In this document: in pieces, positions 8,754 through 15,953 of the stretch
How positions within the stretch are numbered: the first letter of the stretch is position 1
How the letters are laid out: each line of letters starts with the position of its first letter
Source: an uncultured Gammaproteobacteria bacterium
GTDB lineage: Bacteria > Patescibacteriota > Patescibacteriia > Patescibacteriales > UBA12465
Reading direction: 5' to 3'
Assembly: GCA_964367805.1 (NCBI GenBank)
Contig: CAYIZC010000001.1
Span: 1 to 24,222, forward strand
DNA: 24,222 nt
Translations under genes and position numbers: made by a program
Notes under the pieces: model-generated
Database searches by the model: none
What the model was told of the DNA's origin: nothing
What the model saw: only the letters and a program-made list of their open reading frames with translations

Positions 8754-10007
8754 ATGTTAGATATCAATTTAATTAGAAGTGATAAAAAAAATGTAGAGCT
8801 AGCCCTCTTAAAAAGAATGCCGGCTGAAAAAATTAAGCTAGATGTCATTATAGAATTAGATGATAAGCGCAAGGACTTAATTGCTAAAAGTGAAGATCTT
8901 AAAGCTAAACGAAATAAGCACTCAAAGGTAAAGCCAGATGAAGCGACCATCTCTGCTTTAAAAAATCTAGGAGAAGAAATAAAAATAATCGATAGTGATT
9001 TAGCTAAGATTGAAATTGATTTAAATGAAAAAATAGCTGAACTACCTAATATACCCGCTCCTGATGTTGTCGCTGGTGGTAAGGAAAACAATGAAGTAAT
9101 CTATACTTATGGGAAAAAACCAGAATTTAACTTTGTGCCAAAAGACCATGTAGAGCTTGCTACTTCTTTAGATTTAATTGACTATGAGCGAGCGGCTAAG
9201 ATGTCTGGCTCTGGTTTCTGGTGCTACACTGGTGACGGTGCTTTGCTTGAATGGGCTCTTCTTTCCTATTTCATAGACTTTCACCAAAGTAATAATTACA
9301 AGTTTTTAATTCCGCCATTTCTTTTAAGTGAAAAGTCAGCTTATATCTCCGGTCACTTACCAAAATTTAGAGATGACTTATTTTGGAATCAAGATAAGCT
9401 TTGTTTAAATGCGACCTCAGAGATGATGTTGGGAAATTACCACAGAGACGAAACTTTAGATGAGTCAGAGCTTCCTAAAAAATATTACGCCTACTCATCT
9501 TGCTTTAGACGAGAGGCTGGTTCATATCGTCAGGAAGAAAGAGGGATGATAAGGGGGCATCAATTTAATAAGGTAGAAATGTTTATCTTCACAAAACCTG
9601 AAGAAACTTGGGAAATGTTTGCCGAGCTAGTTAGTAATGCAAAAAGTTTAGTAGAGGGTCTTGGTCTGCACTTTCAAGTTTCAAAGTTAGCGGCTGAGGA
9701 CTGCAGTGCTGCGATGGCTAAGACTTATGACGTGGAAGTGTATATCCCTAGTATGAACATATATAAAGAAGTTAGTAGTGTTTCCAATGCTCTAGACTAT
9801 CAATCTAGGAGAGGACAAATAAGGTATAAAAATAAAGAAACAGGTAAGAATGAATTTCTCCATACCTTAAATGGCTCTGGATTAGCGACTAGCAGAATAT
9901 TACCAGCCATATTAGAGCAAAATCAACAAGCCGATGGTTCTGTTTTAATTCCTAAAGTACTACAACAATATTTGCCTAAAAGCATGAAAGTAATAAAGAA
10001 AAAATAA
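8754..10007 (+). CDS. serS: Serine--tRNA ligase
   Basis: MLDINLIR N-terminus with coiled coil, LPNIP, TSE, motif 2 FRREAG...HQFNKVE, motif 3 HTLNGSGLATSR. Confidence 0.96.
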   Translation: MLDINLIRSDKKNVELALLKRMPAEKIKLDVIIELDDKRKDLIAKSEDLKAKRNKHSKVKPDEATISALKNLGEEIKIIDSDLAKIEIDLNEKIAELPNIPAPDVVAGGKENNEVIYTYGKKPEFNFVPKDHVELATSLDLIDYERAAKMSGSGFWCYTGDGALLEWALLSYFIDFHQSNNYKFLIPPFLLSEKSAYISGHLPKFRDDLFWNQDKLCLNATSEMMLGNYHRDETLDESELPKKYYAYSSCFRREAGSYRQEERGMIRGHQFNKVEMFIFTKPEETWEMFAELVSNAKSLVEGLGLHFQVSKLAAEDCSAAMAKTYDVEVYIPSMNIYKEVSSVSNALDYQSRRGQIRYKNKETGKNEFLHTLNGSGLATSRILPAILEQNQQADGSVLIPKVLQQYLPKSMKVIKKK

Positions 10008-10009
10008 AC

Positions 10010-12040
10010 ATGAAAATCAAACTATCTGTCATTTTAATATTTTTATCCTTTTTCCTACTTGCTAGCACTGCTAAGGCAACGCCACTTAAAGCTACCTTTC
10101 CGCGCTTAGCTAACTATTATCTGAAGTGGGAATTAAATGAAAAGGAAGCCAGAGAGCTTGCTAAGTGGGATGTTTTGATATTAGATATGGAAACTCAAGA
10201 AAACAGTCCGGAGAGTTTAAGGCTCATCCGTCGTCTAAATCCCGATGTAGTTATTTTAGCCTATATCACTTCTCAGGAAATAATAGATGATGTGGAGCGA
10301 ACAGCGGGAAACACTGGAGCCAGGCTAAGACAAAAACTAAGAAACAGTATTTCTCCTGAATGGTGGTTAAAAGATTCCTCTGGCAATAAAATAATGAATT
10401 GGCCAGGCACTTATATGCTTAATTTAAGTGACATTGCTCCTAAAAATTCAGCTTCGCAAAGATTTCATGAATTTTTACCAGATTTTGTTTTTGAAAATAT
10501 AGTTTCTAGCGGCCTGTTTGATGGTATTTTTTATGATAATACCTGGGGGGATGTAACTTGGGTTAATCCTAATTTAGATTTAAACTGTGATGGTAAAAGC
10601 GAGTCTTGCTCTGATGCCGATAAAGCCTGGGCGCGTGGTTTTAAGAAAATGTTAGAAAAAAGTAGATCATTGTTTGGAGATAACTTTATTATAGTCGGTA
10701 ATGGTAACGTCTACTTCGACTATCAGGGTCTATTAAATGGAATGATGCTTGAGTCCTTTCCTTCACCTTGGGAAAATGGGGGCAAATGGAGCGGCTCTAT
10801 GGAAACATACTTTAAGCTAGATGATGTTAATCTAAAACCAGCGCTAAGCGTTATCAATGTAAATAAGAAAAATGAATTTGATTATAAAAGCATGCGCTTT
10901 GGTCTGGGCAGTGCTTTACTTGGCAATGGATTTTATAGCTTTGACTATGATGTCACAAATCATACCCAAACCTGGTGGTATGATGAGTATAGTGCTAATT
11001 TAGGACCCGCCACTAGCTTGCCTTATAATCTGCTTAAACAAAATGATAACAACTTACAAGATGGTCTGTGGCGACGAGATTTTAAACAAGGCTCAGTGAT
11101 ACTAAACTCTACTGATAAATCACAATTACATATTTTTAAAAAAGAAGAGTTAGAAAAAATTAGAGGTACACAGGATAAATTAATTAATAATGGTGACAGA
11201 ATCAATCACCTTAAATTAGACAGCCGTGATGCGGTAATTCTTCTTAAAAGTGCTGATAATATTTATAACACTCCATTTGCAAATGGCTACTTCTATCGTG
11301 TTTTTGGTGACAATGGCCAGCAAAGTAGAAATGGCTTTTTTGCTTATTCACCTAATTTTCCAGCCAGCTCTTCCGTCGCTATTGCTGATGGCAGTCGTCG
11401 CGACAGGGAAGATGTCTCTGTTTTAGCTGATAAGGGAAAGGTTGTTTTAAATAAAAATGGCGCTGAGATAGTCTCATTTTATCCTTATCAAAAACTTTAC
11501 CGCGGGGATTTAAATATTGCCACTCACTTAAATGATGGTTTTTTTGAAATAGTTGCTACTGCTCCTAGTCGTGGTGGTGGCCCTCAAGTTCGTGTCTTTA
11601 GCGCTACTGGCAATTTAATATCTTCTTTCTTTGCTTATGATAAGAATTTAAGAGGTGGACTTAGCATTGCTCTTGCAGATGTCGATGGTGATGGCAAGTT
11701 AGATATTATCACTGGAGCGGGTTACGGAGATCGCCCAGTGCTGAAAATTTTTAGTCTAGATGGTAAGTTAAAACACAGCTTCCTAGTCTATCATGAAAAC
11801 TTCAGAGGAGGTGTTGAAGTAGCCAGCGGTGATGTAAATGGAAATGGACAAAATGAAATAGTGGTAGCTCCTGGTCCTGGTGGCGGACCGCATGTGAGAA
11901 TTTTTAACTCTAGTGGTAATCTTTTAGGGCAATTCTTTGCCTATGATGATAATATGCGCAGTGGTCTGAAGCTATCTTTAGATGATGTAAATAGTGATGG
12001 CAAAATGGAAATACTAGTAGGAGTTAAAGATTTATTTTAA
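10010..12040 (+). CDS. Secreted putative glycoside hydrolase (TIM-barrel, GH114/PelA-hydrolase-like) with C-terminal FG-GAP/VCBS-like repeats
   Basis: Signal peptide ending AKA; DVLILD, ILAYI, DGIFYDN and GMMLESFP as candidate catalytic Asp and Glu; repeated DVxGDG..EI / GGGPxVRxF units. The family assignment is from motif recall only. Confidence 0.65.
   Translation: MKIKLSVILIFLSFFLLASTAKATPLKATFPRLANYYLKWELNEKEARELAKWDVLILDMETQENSPESLRLIRRLNPDVVILAYITSQEIIDDVERTAGNTGARLRQKLRNSISPEWWLKDSSGNKIMNWPGTYMLNLSDIAPKNSASQRFHEFLPDFVFENIVSSGLFDGIFYDNTWGDVTWVNPNLDLNCDGKSESCSDADKAWARGFKKMLEKSRSLFGDNFIIVGNGNVYFDYQGLLNGMMLESFPSPWENGGKWSGSMETYFKLDDVNLKPALSVINVNKKNEFDYKSMRFGLGSALLGNGFYSFDYDVTNHTQTWWYDEYSANLGPATSLPYNLLKQNDNNLQDGLWRRDFKQGSVILNSTDKSQLHIFKKEELEKIRGTQDKLINNGDRINHLKLDSRDAVILLKSADNIYNTPFANGYFYRVFGDNGQQSRNGFFAYSPNFPASSSVAIADGSRRDREDVSVLADKGKVVLNKNGAEIVSFYPYQKLYRGDLNIATHLNDGFFEIVATAPSRGGGPQVRVFSATGNLISSFFAYDKNLRGGLSIALADVDGDGKLDIITGAGYGDRPVLKIFSLDGKLKHSFLVYHENFRGGVEVASGDVNGNGQNEIVVAPGPGGGPHVRIFNSSGNLLGQFFAYDDNMRSGLKLSLDDVNSDGKMEILVGVKDLF
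11474..12022 (+). repeat. About 3.5 tandem 51-aa FG-GAP/VCBS-like protein repeats
   Basis: DVDGDG (11678), DVNGNG (11831) and DVNSDG (11984) are spaced exactly 153 nt apart. The GGGP motifs (Pro codons at 11582 and 11888) are 306 nt apart. Confidence 0.85.
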
Positions 12041-12051
12041 TATAAAAAATT

Positions 12052-13140
12052 ATGGTAAAGAAATTGCGAAAAATATTTGATCACCGTTTTAGTCGTTTTT
12101 ATCGCTATAGTCGTCTTTATATAGTAACCGATATTGTTCTAATCGCTATAGTTATAATACTAGCTGTTTTACTAATCCGTCTTTATAGCTTTCAACCTGA
12201 GCTTAGTTTAAATCCTTTCTCTAAGCCAAAACCAAGCGAAGTAATTGCGATTGATTTAAACAATCCCCCTTTAGATCTTAGTTATGAAAATGAGGCTAGT
12301 AGTATTTATTTAAAAGATGGCGCAAATATAAACTTACGTTTAAAAAATAATGGTCGACACACTCTTTCCAATATTAAATTAACACTAGCTCTTAAAGATA
12401 CTGGTTTTTCCCTATCTCGCCTGGAGTTTTCCAGTTCCCAAAAAACCAGTCTTTCTGGCTTGGAGATTAAAGGTCTCAATATATATCTAGATGAGCTTAA
12501 TCCCGGAGTAGACAGGGAAGTGGCCTTAAATATTTCTTTTAGCAAAACAGATAAGTCTGCTCGTATTATAAGTGGTCGCATCTATAGCGAGTATCAGGTG
12601 GAGGGTCAAATAATTAAAGAAAGCTTAGACTTAAAAGATTTTAAAGTGGCTGCTTCACTTCCCACTAGCGCTAAAGCTTATTACAATAGTCCTCAAGGTG
12701 ATCAATTAGGTAGTGGACCGTTCCCGCCCATAGTTGGTTTGCCAACTAGTCTTTGGGTTTCTTTTGAGACTAATCCTGCTTCTGATTTTAATGATTTTGT
12801 TATGACTGGGCGACTAGCTGGAAATGTTGAATTTTCTGGCAATAAATCCTTATTAGCAGGAGATTTAAAATATAATAAAGACACTAGACAAATCATTTGG
12901 CAAATTGATAATTTAAGTGCCAGTATGGATGATTATAGAGCCAGTTTTGAAATCAAGCTCACAGCTAGTGAGAGTCAAGTCGGCGACTACGCTAATCTTT
13001 TAAATGGTCTTAAGTTTCAAGCGAGAGATAGCTTTAGCAGCCTCCCTATTTATGCTAATTTAAGTGATATAGACACTAGTTTAAAGCATGATGCTATAAA
13101 TCGTGAAGAAGGTATAGTTACAAATATTGAAAATTATTAA
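12052..13140 (+). CDS. Hypothetical membrane-anchored protein, probably with beta-sandwich extracellular domains
   Basis: One hydrophobic segment (IVTDIVLIAIVIILAVLLI) followed by a beta-rich soluble region; tight operon spacing. Confidence 0.8.
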   Translation: MVKKLRKIFDHRFSRFYRYSRLYIVTDIVLIAIVIILAVLLIRLYSFQPELSLNPFSKPKPSEVIAIDLNNPPLDLSYENEASSIYLKDGANINLRLKNNGRHTLSNIKLTLALKDTGFSLSRLEFSSSQKTSLSGLEIKGLNIYLDELNPGVDREVALNISFSKTDKSARIISGRIYSEYQVEGQIIKESLDLKDFKVAASLPTSAKAYYNSPQGDQLGSGPFPPIVGLPTSLWVSFETNPASDFNDFVMTGRLAGNVEFSGNKSLLAGDLKYNKDTRQIIWQIDNLSASMDDYRASFEIKLTASESQVGDYANLLNGLKFQARDSFSSLPIYANLSDIDTSLKHDAINREEGIVTNIENY

Positions 13141-13151
13141 AACAATAAGTT

Positions 13152-14303
13152 ATGATTAACTTTTTAAAAAATCTAATTCGCCCAAAGTATGATACTTTAA
13201 ATCGAATTGAAGTTGATGCTGAAAAAATTGTAAACAACTTCAACCATTTAAAGAGCCTGCAAAATGAAGCTGAGATTTTCCCGGTTTTAAAGTCTAATGC
13301 TTATGGTCATGGCCTAAGAGAGCTTTGTACCATTTTAAATTATACTAGTGCTAAGATGGTGGCCGTTGATTCATATCCAGAAGCACAAATTGCCTATCGC
13401 TACTTTAAGGGTAAGGTTCTTATACTAGGGGAAATGCCACTAGAGGTCTATAGGCACACAAAGCTAAAAAGAACAGAGTTTGTAGTCTATAATGAGGCCA
13501 CCCTAAGACATCTTTCAAAATTTAAAAAGAAAGCTAAGGTACATCTTTTTGTAAACTCGGGTATGAACCGAGAGGGGATACAAGACTTGCCTGGCTTTAT
13601 CGCTGAGAATAAGAAATATCTAGATAAGCTTTCTGTCAGTGGTCTTTGTTCTCACTTTGCCAGTGCTGACTCTAGATCACTGCTAAATTCCAAGCAAGAA
13701 GAATTATTTATTAAAGATTTAGACATACTGCGCGCAGCTGGTTATTTTCCACGCTGGGTTCATATTGGTAATTCAGCTGCTATATTTACTAGCGATAATA
13801 GACTATTAACAGCCTTTAGACCAGGAATAGCCTTATATGGCTATAATCCCTTAAACCGCCCTAGTGAGGCTTGTAGAGCCCTTGAGCCAGCCCTTGAAGT
13901 CTATTCCCAGGTTGTATCTATCCAAAATTTAAAGCCAGGTGATACTGTTTCCTATGGTGATGATTATAAGGTTAAAACTAAAACCCAAATAGCTACTATT
14001 CCTTTTGGCTATTTTGAAGGATTAAGTAGAAGTCTATCGGACACTGCCAAGCTACTTATTTTGGCTAATGAAAACTACTATGCTAAAATCGCCGGAAAGG
14101 TTTGTATGAATATGTGCTCACTAGATGTAGGCAGTGAAAATATTAACATCGGTGATGAGGTTAAGCTTGTCTCAAATTCAAAATTAGATGAAAATTCAGT
14201 GGAAAATTTAGCTGAACTAATAGATACCATCCCTTACGAGTTTGTGGTTAAATTACAGGCTAATATTAGGCGCTATATTATAAATTTAGCTAATATTAAG
14301 TAA
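13152..14303 (+). CDS. alr: Alanine-racemase-family PLP enzyme (substrate uncertain)
   Basis: PLP Lys47 in VLKSNAYGHG, SHFASAD, HIGNSA, FRPGIALYG, catalytic Tyr268 in VSYG, TIPFGYFEG, TIPYE. Confidence 0.9.
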   Translation: MINFLKNLIRPKYDTLNRIEVDAEKIVNNFNHLKSLQNEAEIFPVLKSNAYGHGLRELCTILNYTSAKMVAVDSYPEAQIAYRYFKGKVLILGEMPLEVYRHTKLKRTEFVVYNEATLRHLSKFKKKAKVHLFVNSGMNREGIQDLPGFIAENKKYLDKLSVSGLCSHFASADSRSLLNSKQEELFIKDLDILRAAGYFPRWVHIGNSAAIFTSDNRLLTAFRPGIALYGYNPLNRPSEACRALEPALEVYSQVVSIQNLKPGDTVSYGDDYKVKTKTQIATIPFGYFEGLSRSLSDTAKLLILANENYYAKIAGKVCMNMCSLDVGSENINIGDEVKLVSNSKLDENSVENLAELIDTIPYEFVVKLQANIRRYIINLANIK

Positions 14304-14305
14304 AT

Positions 14306-15142
14306 TTGATGAAAAAAAGAAGAAATAGAAGCATAAAAGCCGATTATCAGGCTAAAAATTTAAAAAACCCTTTTTTCTATCGTCCAAGCAAGAGAGCAGG
14401 GGTCTTTTGGATTTTTTTAGCTTCATTTATTTTAATGCTTGCTTTAGTTTGGTTTCTCTTTATCTCCTCATTTTTTATGATAAATAAAACCGAAATTAGT
14501 GGCTTAAGTAGAGTGGATGAGTCAGAAATTAATCAATTAATAGAAGATCAATTAGATAAAAAAATCTTATTCTTTTTTAGCCAAAGAAATATTTTTCTTT
14601 TAAGTAAGGAGGATCTTAGTACTAATATTTTGCAAGATTATAACTTTTCTGAGATTGTAATTAAGAAAAGTATTCCTAAAACTTTAAAGATAAACTTAAG
14701 CGAACGGCCCTATGCCTTTATCTTCCAAGAAGGAGAGGATTATTATTATGCCTCAAAAGACGCTTATATTATCAAAGATCAAGCAGTGAGCGAGGAAGAT
14801 ATGGAAAAATATTTTATTTTGGAAAATAAAAGTAAACTAATTAGAATCAGTGACAGCGCAAAAATTAATCTTAAGGCTGACTACTTAAACTTTATTTTTA
14901 AATTAAATGAGGCGCTAGACTACGAAGCCGATCTTAGTCCTAATAAGTATATTATTGAGCAAGAGTTAAACTCACTTATATTAGACTTTAAAGATGGACC
15001 TTTAGTCTACTTTAACCTAGATAAAGACCCAGTGGAGCAATTTGAGGACTTAAGTATAGTTAAAAAGGAGAAAATAGGAGATAATTTTAATAAACTAAAC
15101 TACATAGATATGCGCTACGGCGATCTTATCTATATAAACTAA
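14306..15142 (+). CDS. ftsQ: FtsQ/DivIB-like cell division protein
   Basis: Basic cytoplasmic N-terminus, one TM helix, POTRA-like segment (I.GLSRV...I), IPKTLKINLSER..A, C-terminal YIDMRYG. The start may be the ATG at 14309. Confidence 0.75.
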   Translation: MMKKRRNRSIKADYQAKNLKNPFFYRPSKRAGVFWIFLASFILMLALVWFLFISSFFMINKTEISGLSRVDESEINQLIEDQLDKKILFFFSQRNIFLLSKEDLSTNILQDYNFSEIVIKKSIPKTLKINLSERPYAFIFQEGEDYYYASKDAYIIKDQAVSEEDMEKYFILENKSKLIRISDSAKINLKADYLNFIFKLNEALDYEADLSPNKYIIEQELNSLILDFKDGPLVYFNLDKDPVEQFEDLSIVKKEKIGDNFNKLNYIDMRYGDLIYIN

Positions 15143-15143
15143 T

Positions 15144-15284
15144 ATGGAAGGATTATTTAAATTTTTATTTGGACTAGGTGTTTTTGTCTTCGCCTTGGTG
15201 TCAGCAGGACTATTTTTAATTGTTATTAAAATAATATTAATGTTCCAACCTGAGGTGCACTTAATGGGTCTAATGTTCTCTTAA
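15144..15284 (+). CDS. Small hydrophobic membrane protein, 46 aa (not in ORF track)
   Basis: MEGLFKFLFGLGVFVFALVSAGLFLIVIKIILMFQPEVHLMGLMFS*. The ATG is 1 nt after the ftsQ stop, the same TAA-T-ATG coupling seen at 4550/4552. Confidence 0.7.
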   Translation: MEGLFKFLFGLGVFVFALVSAGLFLIVIKIILMFQPEVHLMGLMFS

Positions 15285-15369
15285 GCCTAAAAGAGGTCTT
15301 AAGTCAGGGTCTAATAGATATTAGGGGTTTTTAGCTATAGAGCAAAACTCCTTATCTCTTCCATATGAT

Positions 15370-15397
15370 AGGTGTATTAATATACATTATGCGAAGT
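15370..15397 (-). other. dif-like Xer recombination site (11-6-11)
   Basis: - strand ACTTCGCATAA TGTATA TTAATACACCT versus E. coli dif GGTGCGCATAA TGTATA TTATGTTAAAT, with 16 consecutive identical nt (CGCATAATGTATATTA). Intergenic and close to the xer gene. Confidence 0.8.
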
Positions 15398-15410
15398 ATT
15401 GATGAGTAGT

Positions 15411-15443
15411 AAAAAGGCCTAGAATAAACATTGTTTCTAAGCC
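15411..15443 (-). terminator. Probable intrinsic terminator for the 59-aa ORF, just before the dif-like site
   Basis: - strand GGCTTAGAA...TTCTAGGCC stem (one G-U pair) followed by TTTTT. Confidence 0.55.
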
Positions 15444-15469
15444 CTGCTCTTTTAAACCTTTTAGTTTAA

Positions 15470-15495
15470 GGTGGGTAGCTTCAAGACTACCCACC
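15470..15495. other. GC-rich hairpin (terminator or RNA stability element)
   Basis: Perfect 9-bp stem GGTGGGTAG / CTACCCACC with an 8-nt loop, 30 nt past the 59-aa ORF stop; the U-tract is weak. Confidence 0.6.
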
Positions 15496-15525
15496 AAATT
15501 CTACTTCAACCTTGTGTTAAAGCAC

Positions 15526-15705
15526 TCATCTTTTTGATTGCTCGAGCTTAAGTTCTTTTAGCGGAACGTTTCTTCTTTCTGAATAAAGAGAAGAACAAAG
15601 CTCCTCAACGTAAACCTTATGCTCGGGCATCTCAACTTGGAGTCGTTTAAATAAGTAAAAACTCATGTCCAAGTTCCATAACCTGTTGTCAAATAATACA
15701 ACCAT
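15526..15705 (-). CDS. Hypothetical protein, 59 aa (not in ORF track)
   Basis: MVVLFDNRLWNLDMSFYLFKRLQVEMPEHKVYVEELCSSLYSERRNVPLKELKLEQSKR*. SD GGGAGGAG 5 nt before the ATG, with its own promoter and downstream hairpins. Confidence 0.75.
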   Translation of the reverse strand: MVVLFDNRLWNLDMSFYLFKRLQVEMPEHKVYVEELCSSLYSERRNVPLKELKLEQSKR

Positions 15706-15765
15706 AGTTACTCCTCCCTTTTTTAAAATGAAACACTAAAGTTATTTATCACAATAACTCCTTTC

Positions 15766-15794
15766 ATTATATACCAATATATAGTGCCTGTCTA
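15766..15794 (-). promoter_or_regulatory. Near-consensus sigma70 promoter for the 59-aa ORF
   Basis: TAGACA (15794-15789), 17 nt, TATAAT (15771-15766). A 7-bp inverted repeat AGTTATT/AATAACT (15740-15759) starts at the predicted +1. Confidence 0.65.
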
Positions 15795-15897
15795 GCTTAT
15801 ATCCTCTAAAAGCTCTAATTTACGAGCCCACCTAAGCTCCGTCCTCGTTTGGCAGGTCCTAACATACTGCTAATATTTTTAATTTTAGCGATAAGTC

Positions 15898-15924
15898 TGC
15901 TATAATAAGGGTGTAAACACCTTT
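15898..15924 (+). promoter_or_regulatory. Extended -10 promoter of xer with an operator-like palindrome over +1
   Basis: TG-c-TATAAT (15898-15906) followed by GGTGT-AA-ACACC (15910-15921). Confidence 0.6.
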
Positions 15925-15953
15925 TCCCTTTATTTTTTTTAAATAATATATAC

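Noticed and set aside
15723-15764. Apparent leader peptide: AAAGGAG, 5 nt, GTG-INNFSVSF-TAA upstream of the 59-aa ORF (- strand)
   Set aside because: The predicted +1 of the TAGACA/TATAAT promoter is near 15759, so most of this SD would not be transcribed. It would matter only if a farther-upstream promoter exists.
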